Source: Planktothrix sp. GU0601_MAG3 (GTDB lineage Bacteria > Cyanobacteriota > Cyanobacteriia > Cyanobacteriales > Microcoleaceae). From it: a stretch of 64,000 bases of DNA. The first letter of the stretch is position 1. Each line of letters begins with the position of its first letter. The notes under the pieces are model-generated. The model did not search any database. It was not told the origin of the DNA and was given only the letters and a program-made list of their open reading frames with translations. The stretch is taken from assembly GCA_035193785.1 (NCBI GenBank), contig CP136572.1, positions 3,124,578-3,188,577 of the forward strand, given 5' to 3'. This document shows, piece by piece, positions 53,533 to 64,000 of the stretch. Both the position numbers and the translations under genes were made by a program.

Positions 53533-53703
53533 ATGCCTTATATCAATGAAGAAGGTGGACGTCTGAATAACTTCGCAGTGGAACCTAAAGTTTATACAGC
53601 CGAACCCCCTACCAATTCACAAAAACGTAATTATCTGATTGGTGGTATTGCCGGGATTGCTTTAATCGGGGGTTTATTATTCCTCGCTTTCACCGTATCC
53701 TAA
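53533..53703 (+). CDS. psb34: Photosystem II assembly factor Psb34 (Ssl1498 family; absent from the ORF track)
   Basis: MPYINEEGGRLNNFAVEPKVYTAEPPT..QKRNY followed by a TM helix. Confidence 0.85.
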   Translation: MPYINEEGGRLNNFAVEPKVYTAEPPTNSQKRNYLIGGIAGIALIGGLLFLAFTVS

Positions 53704-53895
53704 TATATCAACAATTTAATCCGGGCGGGTTTTAGTTTTTTTGGCGATCGCTAAAAAGCCCCCCGGATTTAAAGTAAACCACAAAGACACGAAGACACAA
53801 AGAATAGAAATAACCCTGAAAAACTCGTCTGTCTCCTGAACCGGAATTGCTAGATGGAAGAAGATAATTAGATATTCTAGGCGATGGTTTAGGGG

Positions 53896-55858
53896 TTGAC
53901 AATGGCGATGAGCAATAATTGTTCTATTTTAGTTTCAGAAACTCATCAGCGAACCTATGATCGCTTACAACAGGCGCTGGGTTTACAACTGCGCCGTCAA
54001 GTTTTTATTGCTGTTTGTGATAACTTAAATCTGCGGAATCATTTGGCGCTACGATTACAAAAGGATTTATTATCTAAAAATCAGACAAATATTGCACCAC
54101 AATCTCAAATTTCTCCCGCCTTAATCAGTTTAAAACTTGATTTAAGCGATCCGAATCCCTTTCAAGCAATTACCCAATGGTACGCTCAAAATAAATCGGA
54201 TCATAGTCATCAAGATGTGATCGGATTTCAAATTTTAGGGATAGAAACATCTCACCCGTCAACCACCAGCAATGCAATGGTCATTTTTAAGGTATTTGCG
54301 AACCTTAGAAAACCATCTTGATGGCTTAGAATTTAGTTTATTGTTGTGGATTTCTACCCCTTGGTTATATTGTATTCAACAATCTGCACCGGAGTTCTGG
54401 GAGCGACGAACTGGAGTATTTGAGTGGATCAGTGATCCGACGCCTAGCGATTTGGAATCAGAGACAATTTCCTTAGATTTTGTAGAGGTTTCCCAACCGA
54501 TTGAAAGTGATAAAATATCAGATCCGGTGCAGGAAATTCTCGCTCAAATTCAGCAATTTGAGCAACAATCTGCCCTCCTTCCCCTCCGCCAAGCCTATCG
54601 CCAATTGGGAAATATTTACCGCGATCGCATTTTAGCCGGGGAGCATTCAGAACTCCACTACAACCGGGCAATTCAAGCATACGAAAGGGTTTTGGAAATT
54701 ATCCCAAAACTAGAACCTTTGTTAGATTCCCCCGGGGATAACGATGATTCTATTGATATTTTTAATGATTTAGGAACCCTATATTGGATGGAGTTTCGTC
54801 AGAAATTACAAGATAATTCAAAATCTCCTAATTTGCTGTGTTATTTAGAAAAAAGTATTATTTTCTATCAAAATGCCTTAATGAAAATCGATCCCGAAAT
54901 TCAACCCAGTTTATATATAAAAATCCAAAAAAACCTAGGAACTGCTTACACAGATTTAGCAAATTGGCAAGATAATATTAAAAATTTAGAACAATCAACT
55001 ATTGCCTATAAAGAAGCATTATCTTATCTAAATTCAAACGTTTCTGAAATCAATGCCTCCCGGATTCAAGACTATGCTACTATTCAAAATAATCTAGGAA
55101 CAACCTATTGGAAATTAGCCCAAAAAACCCAACCCATTCCCCATCTCAAAGCCGCTATTGTCGCTTATACCGAGGCAATGGGATTTTATACCCCCCAACA
55201 AGATCCCCTGAATTATGCCTTGCTACAAACCAATTTAGGGACAGCCTATTGGACATTAAGCCAACATCAGCCCTCGGCTAAATTACTATTACAAGCCATT
55301 CATGCCTATCATCAAGCCCTAACCTATCGGACAACCGCCTCCGCCCCGATTGCCTGTGCAGCCACCTATAATAACTTGGGTATCGTCTATTGGCATTTAG
55401 CGAACCACTATCAAAAGCCGGAAATTCGGGCTAAATTCTTAAAAAGGGCGATCGCAGCCTACCAAAAAGCCCTCTCGATTGTGGCCGATCTGAGTCCAGC
55501 CCAACTCAATTTTGATCCCTTAGCAACCCATAATAACCTGGGGCTGACCCACTACCAACTGGCCACCGACTCCAATTTGAATCTCGAAAAAAAGACTCGA
55601 ATTGCTTACTTAAAAGCTGCACTTAGACATCATGTTAAATCCGTAATTAGTGAAGCTCAACAGCCAGAAAAAAAACAGCCTAACCTGGGTGTTCCGGCTG
55701 ATTCCAAAACCACCGAACATCACCAAACCACCTTGGGTTATTTGCTGCGAACCATTCGCGCCTTCTATAACGAGTCGGGATTAGAAGGACAAAATCAGGC
55801 TTTATCTCAGCTTCCTGCCGATCTATTGTCTGAAATATTACCCAAGATTTGGGTCTAA
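53896..55858 (+). CDS. TPR-repeat protein (frameshift near 54248)
   Basis: Repeated NNLGT.YW.LA...AI.AY..AL motifs. Confidence 0.85.
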
Positions 55859-55946
55859 GAAACAAAGACGGGGCTACCAAGCTCTCCCATGGTTTACTGT
55901 TACCGAAAAGCCGATAACCAGCCTGATTCCGATGGGGTGGGGGAAT

Positions 55947-56038
55947 TATAGCGCTACGCATTACAGTTAGGACACTTCTAAATCCCGAAACCCTTTCACA
56001 GCTTACTGATCCGGTGTTCCCTAGGGCGTAGCGCTATA
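55947..56038 (+). mobile_element. MITE-like element, short copy
   Basis: tatagcgctacgcattacagttaggacacttctaaa...gcgtagcgctata. Confidence 0.7.
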
Positions 56039-56215
56039 GCCCTAAACCACTGGAGAATTCGCCGATTCAGGATATTAATTGAGAGATTGTGGGTTAAACT
56101 CTGTAAAGCAATACGACTAAATTGGTGTTTTATTGGGTGTAAGTTCAAGTTTTCCATTAACATTGAGATGTCTATTTAAGATTCTGGCTCAACCCTCTGC
56201 TGAATATGCGTGGTT

Positions 56216-56909
56216 ATGGTATCTGTAAAAATCCTCGTAGTTGATGATGATCCGGCAATACGGAACCTAATAAGTCGCTATCTTAGCCAACAAGACTATC
56301 AAGTTGAAATGGCGGGTGACGGTCATTCCGCTTTGGAAAGGTTTGAACAGTTTCAATCCCGACTTGGTGGTATTGGATCTAAATTTGCCGGATACAACAG
56401 GTTTAGCATTGTGTAGGGAAATGCAAAGTCGAACCAGTGTATTTATCCTAATGCTAACCAGCGAAAAAGATCCCAAACTCGGGTTAAAGGAGGGGGCAGA
56501 TGATTTTGTGACCAAACCCTTTGATTTAGAGGAATTAAACCTTAGAATCAAAGCGATTTTGAAGCGTCAACGAAATCCAGTAGACACACAACCTAAAAAT
56601 TTAGTTTATGGGGATTTAACTATTGATCCAAATCGTCGTGAGGTCTATATTGGCGGTGAACTAATCGCCCTGAGTGCATTAGAATTTAACTTGCTCTATT
56701 GTCTAGCCCGCAAACCCGGTCGAGCATGGCGACGGGCGGAATTATTGCAAGAAGTTTGGGGTTATGAGTATGAAGGGGAGCAGCGCGTTGTTGATGTTCA
56801 TATTGGTCAGATTCGCAAAAAAATCGAACCGGACGCAGATCAACCTTCCTTTATAAAAACAATTCGGGGTGTGGGATATATGTTTGATCGGCGCACGGGT
56901 GAACGTTAA
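56216..56909 (+). CDS. OmpR-family response regulator (frameshift near 56352)
   Basis: VVDDD, LDLNLP, GADDFVTKPF, VDVHIGQIRKKIE. Confidence 0.92.
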
Positions 56910-56988
56910 TTTTTATGGGTAATTGTCCTATATTCTTAACCGTTCATGCTCGATCATCAGTGATCAAATTCTCACGGGCTTTGTAGTT

Positions 56989-57669
56989 ATGAATATAGCA
57001 AAGATTCTTGTAGTTGATGATGATCCGGCCATACGGAATTTAGTTAGTCGCTATCTTCGTCAACAGGATTACCAAATAGAGGTAGCGGCCGATGGTAAGA
57101 CGGCCTTGAAAGTTTTTGAAAAGTTCAATCCCGATTTAGTTATCTTGGATTTGAATTTGCCAGATACAACGGGTTTAGCATTATGTCGAGAAATGCAAAA
57201 TCAAACCCATGTTCTGATCCTGATGCTCACCAGTGAACAAGATCCCAAACTAGGGTTAAAAGAAGGGGCGGATGATTTTGTAACCAAACCCTTTGATTTA
57301 GAGGAGTTAAGTCTGCGAATCAAGGCAGTTTTAAAACGCCGGATGTCAATACCTAACTTAGAGCACCGGAATTTAACCCATAGGGATTTAACTATTGATT
57401 CTAATCGCCGAGAAGTTTATCTTAAAGGAGAATTAGTAATATTAAGTTCCTTGGAGTTTGATCTACTTTATTGTTTAGCAAGTAAACCTGGTCGAGCTTG
57501 GAAACGCACGGAATTGCTACAAAAAGTTTGGGGTTTTCAAGACGATAGTGGCGAAGGGGGACGGGTGATTGATGTTCATATTGGTCAAATTAGAAAGAAA
57601 ATTGAACCCGATCCGAAAAATCCTTCTTTTATTCAAACCGTTAGAAGTGTTGGCTATCGTTTCGATTAA
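56989..57669 (+). CDS. OmpR-family response regulator, tandem paralogue
   Basis: Long identical blocks shared with the preceding gene. Confidence 0.92.
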   Translation: MNIAKILVVDDDPAIRNLVSRYLRQQDYQIEVAADGKTALKVFEKFNPDLVILDLNLPDTTGLALCREMQNQTHVLILMLTSEQDPKLGLKEGADDFVTKPFDLEELSLRIKAVLKRRMSIPNLEHRNLTHRDLTIDSNRREVYLKGELVILSSLEFDLLYCLASKPGRAWKRTELLQKVWGFQDDSGEGGRVIDVHIGQIRKKIEPDPKNPSFIQTVRSVGYRFD

Positions 57670-57759
57670 CAGACAAAATTATCAGTATAATGTTTGTGGT
57701 TTATTGTCTACTCCGTTCCACCTGCTATCTACGTCCTGTCTTCTGTCCCATGTTCCACT

Positions 57760-59740
57760 ATGCCTAAGTTGGGTCAATCGTCGTTTCGCCGGATTTTACT
57801 GTCGCAGATTTTACTGCTGAGTCTTCCTGTGCTGCTTGTGGGAGAATATGTTACCTATAGAAAGGCGCGTTCTGGTTTACTGGAAACAGCCCGATTAAAT
57901 TTAACAGAAAGTGCCAGTAGAAAAGCACAAACTATTAATAAATGGATTAATTTTAACAAGTCCGGTTTGACGATTGCCACCAATAATATTGTTTTACAAC
58001 CTGACAAACCTCAACGGTATTCTGTGCTGCTTTCCCAACTTCAGGAGCAGTTTTCTCCCTTGGTTAGTTGTCTGCAATTGACTAATTTACAAACAAAACA
58101 ACTGGTAGCCAGCACCTGTGGAAAACAGCCTATCTACTCCATTTCTAAAAACTTTTGGCCGTTAAAGAAACCGCAAAATCCCGAGATTTATATTAACTAT
58201 TTGGCTCCTAGGCTTGAGCAAAAAAATTCAGAATGGCGAAACCAAATTAAATTGGTATTTAACTCTCCAATTTATCTCAACCAAAATAATACAAATCAAT
58301 TAAAATATGTCTTAAGTCTGCAATCAACTTTATATTTAGAATCGCAAGAACGTCCCAAATCTTTAACGGGATTTACCGTTATTATTGATCAAGGAGGCAC
58401 AATTATTAGTCATCCAAGTTTGAATAAATTGGGACAAAATATTCGGGAGCAAGCGGATGCTAATCGACTCAGCAATTTATTATCTAATGCGTTAGAGAGG
58501 GAAAAAAATTCTTTTATTCATTTATTTTCTTTTGACCAATCGGGGAGAGAACTGTTGGCGGGATATGACTCAATTACTAGCCCGATTACCTCAGAAAAAA
58601 ATGAGCAATGGGTGATCTTAGCCGTCGTTGATTTACAGCAAGCTCTATCGGGCTTAAAGGATATTAAATCGTTATTAATTTCCGTGGTTTTATCTTTAGT
58701 CATTGCCAGTATTATTGCTGCGGTTTATGTTTCCAGGGATTTAGCGATTCCTTTAGAAAAATTGAGGGATTATGCCATCAAAGCCAAAAACTTAGATAGT
58801 CCGGGTAACGCTCCTGATCATCTGAAAATTCCAGAATTTAATCAGTTAGCTCAAGCTCTGAATACAATGGTGGCAAGTCTTAGGGCTAGAGCGCAAGCCT
58901 TAGAATATGCGTCCAAAGAAGCCCAAGTTGCTAATCAATTAAAAAATGAATTTCTGCGAGTTGTTTCCCATGAATTAAGAACTCCTTTAAATGGGATTAT
59001 TAATTCAATTAGTCTGATTCAAGATGGTTTATGTGATACCAAAGCCGAGGAGGAAGAATATCTCAAAATTGCCTCGGATTCCAGCCAACATCTATTAAAT
59101 TTAGTTGATGATATTTTAGATATTGCTTTAATTGAAGAAGGCAAGTTATCTGTGATGATTGAACCAACGGATTTAATGCAAATTGTGAAAGATGCGGTGA
59201 ATTTGCAAATGTTGGATATTCAACAAAAAAACTTAACAATTGACTTACCTACCCCCGATAAACCGATTATTGTTGAGGCTGATCCTGATAAGTTAAAGCA
59301 AGTTTTTATTAATATTCTGAATAATTCTGTTAAGTTTACTAAATCGGGAGCAATTATCATTTCCACCCGGATTGAATTTGCCACCAATTCTCTAATTGAG
59401 ATGCAGAATAATACCGCCTCAAAATCCACAACCCCGCGATATCAAGTGGTCATCACCATTACCGATACTGGAATTGGTGTGGCGTTAGGACATCAGCAAA
59501 AAATCTTTGAACCCTTTGCGATGGCCGATGGTTCGACCACAAGGGAATTTGGGGGAATTGGATTGGGTTTAGCCATTGCTCGCCGTTTAATGCAAATGAT
59601 GGGGGGTTTTATTACCCTGGATAGTCCCGGCTTAAATCTCGGAAACCAGTGTAATGATTAGCATTCCCCTATCGGATACAACGGTTAAATCACCTTCAAC
59701 TCAAAGCTCTGTTCCTTCCCATCCCGTGATAGTCGAATAG
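57760..59740 (+). CDS. Cache-HAMP sensor histidine kinase (frameshift near 59644)
   Basis: Two TM helices, SHELRTPLNG, NILNNSVKFT, DTGIG, GGIGLGLAI. Confidence 0.9.
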
Positions 59741-59752
59741 GAATTAAAACTG

Positions 59753-60757
59753 CTATAAATTTATAGGTTGTCCCCCCTGTTTTAAAGATTCACTCAACCC
59801 GCACAAAATATTAACTAATTCCGCACCCACCCAACCGGATGAAATCGGGGAAGGTTGACAATTTTGAATAGAATTCAGAAAATGATCACAAACTTGGGCT
59901 AGGGGTTCCCGGGGTGCAATTTCAATCACTTCTTGATTTAATCCGGTGGCTTTCCAAGTATTATCAATAACATCAAAATAACCCCGTTGCATCGTCAGGG
60001 GAGATTCCGATTTGAGTTCATCAAAAATTAAAGTTCCCTGACTTCCCACCACGGCTAAACGACGTTGTTTGTCTGGGTTTAACCAACACAAATGTAGAAA
60101 GGCTTCAAACCCACTGGGATAGGTTAAATTAGCAATTACTAAATCCGATAATCCCGATGCGGGTTGTAGCCAAACCGTTCCCGTGGCTTTCACTTGCATC
60201 GGTTTTTCCCCTAACCAACTATTAAAAATTCCAATATCATGGATCGCTAAATCCCATAAGGCATCCACATCTTGCCGCACCGGTTCTAAATGGGTTCGGG
60301 TGGCGTAACCATATCTTAATTCCCCTAATTTCCCCGATTCAATCACGGTTTTTCCCTGTTCTACCGCCGGATGAAATAAATAAGTATGATCGACAAAAAG
60401 TTGTAGCTGTTTTTGTTGCGCGAGTTCACATAATTCCCGGGATTCAGTTACACTCAGGGTTAATGGTTTTTCGGTAAAAACATGAAAACCCTGGGCTAAG
60501 GCGTCGGAAATCAAAGCAAAATGTGTGGCCGCAGGGGTGGCGATCGCAACTGCATCTAAATCCGGTAAATTCCAAATTTTTGAACTATCGGTCGCTAAAA
60601 TTATCTCGTCGGGTAGTTGAAACCGTTCTTTAACTGCTTGTAGACGGTCAGAATTGGGATCAGCGATCGCCACAACTTTAGAATTAGGGTGTTGATGAAA
60701 ATTGCGAATTAAATGAACTCCCCAACGACCAGCACCAAAAATAGCAATATTAATCAT
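59753..60757 (-). CDS. Gfo/Idh/MocA oxidoreductase
   Basis: GAGRWG, EKPL, DALWDLAIHD. Confidence 0.92.
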   Translation of the reverse strand: MINIAIFGAGRWGVHLIRNFHQHPNSKVVAIADPNSDRLQAVKERFQLPDEIILATDSSKIWNLPDLDAVAIATPAATHFALISDALAQGFHVFTEKPLTLSVTESRELCELAQQKQLQLFVDHTYLFHPAVEQGKTVIESGKLGELRYGYATRTHLEPVRQDVDALWDLAIHDIGIFNSWLGEKPMQVKATGTVWLQPASGLSDLVIANLTYPSGFEAFLHLCWLNPDKQRRLAVVGSQGTLIFDELKSESPLTMQRGYFDVIDNTWKATGLNQEVIEIAPREPLAQVCDHFLNSIQNCQPSPISSGWVGAELVNILCGLSESLKQGGQPINL

Positions 60758-60825
60758 AAGAAATTATAAAGATGGGGAATGGGGAATAGTAATTTATTTT
60801 TTGATTTTGATCATAGAAACAATAA

Positions 60826-61557
60826 TCATTTAATTCCGGCGGTTTTTTGAGTTTCGACCACGGAAAGAAAAGCCACTTCCGCCGCCGCCTGTTCCGCCGC
60901 CTTAATCGAGCGTCCGGTACCCTCCCCCAGTTGACGACCTTGTAACCAAACCACCGCCGTAAAACGCCCCTCATCATTATGAATTTGGCGATTTTGCTGG
61001 ACTTTATATTCAGGTAAAACTTTATAATGGCTTTGTGTCCATTCCTGTAGAGCCGCTTTATAATTATTCCGGGCTGGATCACGAATAATTTTGGCGGCGC
61101 GATCGCGAAAATGGGAATCTAACCAAGGACGAATTAAAGTTAAATTCTGGCTACTCAGATATAAACTCGCCAAAACCGCTTCAAAACAGTCCGCTAGACG
61201 GGATTCTTCCCCCGCCTTGTCCCGGATCGCGCTCCCAGCGGCCAGTAAAAACGTACCAAACCCATACTGATCGGCAATTTCTGCTAAAGTGCGATCGCTC
61301 ACCAAAATCGAACGAATTGCCGCAAACTCCCCCACTGGACAGTCAGGATAAACTTCATAGAGCAACTCAGAAGCCGCCAATCTCACCACCGAATCCCCGA
61401 CAAACTCCAATTGTTCATAATTGGCCTCGGCTGAGAGTGTCGGGTGAGTGAGGGCCAAGTCTAACAAATCCCATCGAATCGGGAGATGAGCCGGGAGCCC
61501 CAAACGTTGAATCAGCTTTTGCAACTGGCGTTTTCGATTGGGATAGCCAATAGTCAT
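60826..61557 (-). CDS. rnc: Ribonuclease III
   Basis: ALTHP, NYEQLEFVGDSV, LADCFEA, dsRBD NYKAALQEWTQ...AEQAAA. Confidence 0.95.
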   Translation of the reverse strand: MTIGYPNRKRQLQKLIQRLGLPAHLPIRWDLLDLALTHPTLSAEANYEQLEFVGDSVVRLAASELLYEVYPDCPVGEFAAIRSILVSDRTLAEIADQYGFGTFLLAAGSAIRDKAGEESRLADCFEAVLASLYLSSQNLTLIRPWLDSHFRDRAAKIIRDPARNNYKAALQEWTQSHYKVLPEYKVQQNRQIHNDEGRFTAVVWLQGRQLGEGTGRSIKAAEQAAAEVAFLSVVETQKTAGIK

Positions 61558-61620
61558 AGATTTTGGTAGTAAAAGCAAAAATGGGACTCAATGTAGGGGC
61601 AGAAATCAAGGGGAGTTCAG

Positions 61621-61977
61621 AGTCAGACATAAGCCGGGTTCTGTTGTTGGTGGCTAGAATTAGCACACCAACGGCGATTATCTATCTGGGATGTCTGTTA
61701 CCAAACACCTCTAGCGGTACCACTATTAACGGAACGGGAAAAAAACCAACCCTAGTTCCTCCGACCTTGCTCCCAACCGGGGTTTACCGAGCCAACGCCT
61801 CACGACGTTGCTGGTGCGCTCTTACCGCACCTTTGCACCCTTACCCGAAGGCGGTATTTTTCTGTGGCACTATCCTCACGATCGCTCGCACTGGGCGTTA
61901 CCCAGCAGGTTTGGTCTTTCGGGAGCCCGGACTTTCCTCAGACTACTTACTATAGTCCGTAATCGCCTGCGCTGACT
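61621..61977 (-). ncRNA. rnpB: RNase P RNA (type A)
   Basis: Minus strand carries GAGGAAAGTCCGGGCTCCC...AGTGCCACAGAAA...ACAGAACCCGGCTTA; P1 agtcag/ctgact. Confidence 0.96.
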
Positions 61978-62009
61978 ATGAACCCCCCTATCCCATACTA
62001 CTGCAAAAT

Positions 62010-62175
62010 CAGTCATCAGTTATCGGTTATCAGTAATCAGTGTAAAGACGTGCCGTGGCGCCTCTCTACTCAGTTAGGAGGCAATCTAAAGTTATAATTC
62101 ATTAGTAAAGTCCCGATTTTATTTATTTCACTGACGACCGATAACTGATAACGGATAACTGTTTACCGATCACTG
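62010..62175. repeat. Inverted heptamer arrays (TTATCRG / CYGATAA) around a REP-like palindrome
   Basis: Directly visible. Confidence 0.6.
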
Positions 62176-62181
62176 ATTATT

Positions 62182-64000
62182 GTGAGTATTTTAAGAATTT
62201 TAAGAATTAATAAATTGAGCAATAAGTGGCTTGATCTATCGGAGATTTCTGCCGTAATTATCGCCACAATTCTTGTGTTATCTGTACTCTTGGGAATTTA
62301 TTATTTAGGTTGGTTACAACCCTTAGAATTAGTCGCCTATGATCAACTGGTTAGATTGCGTCCGGCTTTAGCAACTGATCCCCGATTAGTGGTCATTGGA
62401 ATTAACGAAGAAGATATTCAAAAACTCGAGCGTTGGCCCCTGTCCGATGAAGTGATTGCACGATTATTAGAAAAACTATCTGAATATAAACCGAAAGTCA
62501 TTGGTTTAGATATTTATCGTGATATTAGATATGAGCCCGGATATGATAAATTTCAGAAACAACTGCAAATTTCCGATAATGTAATTGTGATTAGTAATTT
62601 AGGATATAGTGAAATAAAAAGAATCCCGGCACCGCCTAATATTTCTGAGGAACGAGTCGGTTTCAATGATTTATTGCTTGACCCCGATAATGTTATTCGT
62701 CGAAATTTGATGTTTGCTAGTACCCCAGATGGCACTTTTTATTCATTTTCTCTAAGAATAGCATTGCAGTATTTATTATCCCAAGGAATTACACCTGATA
62801 ATAATCCAGTAGATCCTAATATTATTACTTGGGGAAAGGCTGAATTTTTCCCGTTATCTCGCAATTCCGGCGGTTATCAAACTATTGATGATCGGGGCTA
62901 TCAAATTCTATTAAATTATCGGGCTGCTGATCATATTGCCCGAATGATTAGTTTAACAGAATTTTTAGATCAAACCATTCCTAAAAGTTGGATTGAAGAT
63001 AAAATTGTTTTAATTGGGACATTAGCTCCTAGTGGCAAAGATTTATTTCTTACCCCCTATAGTCCGGCGGAAAAGAATGCCTTTAAAATGCCAGGGGTTG
63101 TCGTTCATGCCCAAATGGTGAGTCAAATTTTAGATGGGGTTTTAGGTGAGCGCGATTTATTTATTTTTTGGGAACAATGGGGAGAATTTTTATGGATTTG
63201 TAGTTGGGGTTTAATCGGAGCAACCCTAGCTTGGTCAAGTCGCAATCCTTTGATTATTACCCTAGGAAATCCATTTTTAGTCGGTGTTTTATTTGGATTA
63301 AGTTTTTTCCTATTTTTATATAACCGTTGGGTTTCCCACCACCACTCCGGGTTTAGCCCTTTTATTTACCAGTGGTACTGTTACTGGTTATCGTGCATTT
63401 CAAGCCCAACGTCAGCAACAAATTGTGATGCGATTATTAGGACAAAATACCTCACCAGAAATTGCCGATGCTTTATGGAATAGTCGCGATCGTTTATTAG
63501 ACGATGGAAAGTTACCCGGTCAAAAATTAATTGCTACTATTCTATTTAGTGATATTAGAAATTTTAGTACCGTTTCTGAAGAAATGCCCCCGGAAATCTT
63601 AATGGAATGGTTAAATGAATATTTATCCGTTTTAACCCAATGTGTCCAAACCCATCATGGTATTATTAATAAGTTCACCGGGGACGGAATTATGGCAGCC
63701 TTTGGCGTTCCCCTCCCTCGGAAAAACCGGGAATCTATTGCTGAAGATGCTTATAATGCGGTCGCCTGTGCTTTAGCTATTGAAGACTATTTAAAACAGT
63801 TAAATCAAGATTGGAAAAAGCGCAACTTCCCCGAAATTTCGATGCGAGTTGGGATTTTTACTGGCCCGATTGTCGCCGGAAGTTTGGGAGGAAAAGAACG
63901 GTTAGAATATGGTTTATTAGGAGATAGTGTTAATATTGCCTCCCGTTTAGAAAGTTGTGAAAAAGATCGACAACCGGGTATTTGTCGAATTTTAATTGCT
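62182..64000 (+). CDS. CHASE2-domain adenylate/guanylate cyclase (frameshift near 63335; runs off the window)
   Basis: RWPLSD, IGLDIYRD, MPGVVVHA; shifted frame LFSDIRNFS, NKFTGDGIMAAFG, GDSVNIASRLES. Confidence 0.92.

Noticed and set aside
61563..61955. 130-aa plus-strand ORF
   Set aside because: Antisense to the RNase P RNA gene

Overview
Cyanobacterial chromosomal window. It has frequent HIP1 GCGATCGC octamers, ccmP, petG, cytM, psbP and psb34, and its heptamer/nonamer tandem repeats suggest a filamentous, Planktothrix-like strain (inference). Most of it is housekeeping and signalling genes: dxs, lysS, glmU, thiG, panB, plsY, cobA, rnc, rnpB, tRNA-Thr, two-component systems, two adenylate cyclases and an inorganic-carbon cluster. 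About 25 genes, including essential ones, carry 1-2 nt frameshifts. These are most likely sequencing errors, so split ORFs are joined below. The main find is a 6.4-kb integrase-less insertion bounded by a perfect 23-bp direct repeat of the ccmP 3' end (15555-15577 and 22018-22040). It holds a five-gene minus-strand operon: a ~900-aa membrane-anchored helical-repeat protein, an unannotated 45-aa membrane peptide, an FtsK/SpoIIIE ATPase, a 72-aa helical protein ending in RWG, and a protein whose N-terminus is a paralogue of that 72-aa protein fused to a PD-(D/E)XK nuclease. This resembles a minimal type-VII-secretion-like or defence system. A second candidate is a structured ~500-nt intergenic unit at 44.2-44.7 kb with repeated perfect Shine-Dalgarno sequences that point at near-cognate start codons followed by Phe.
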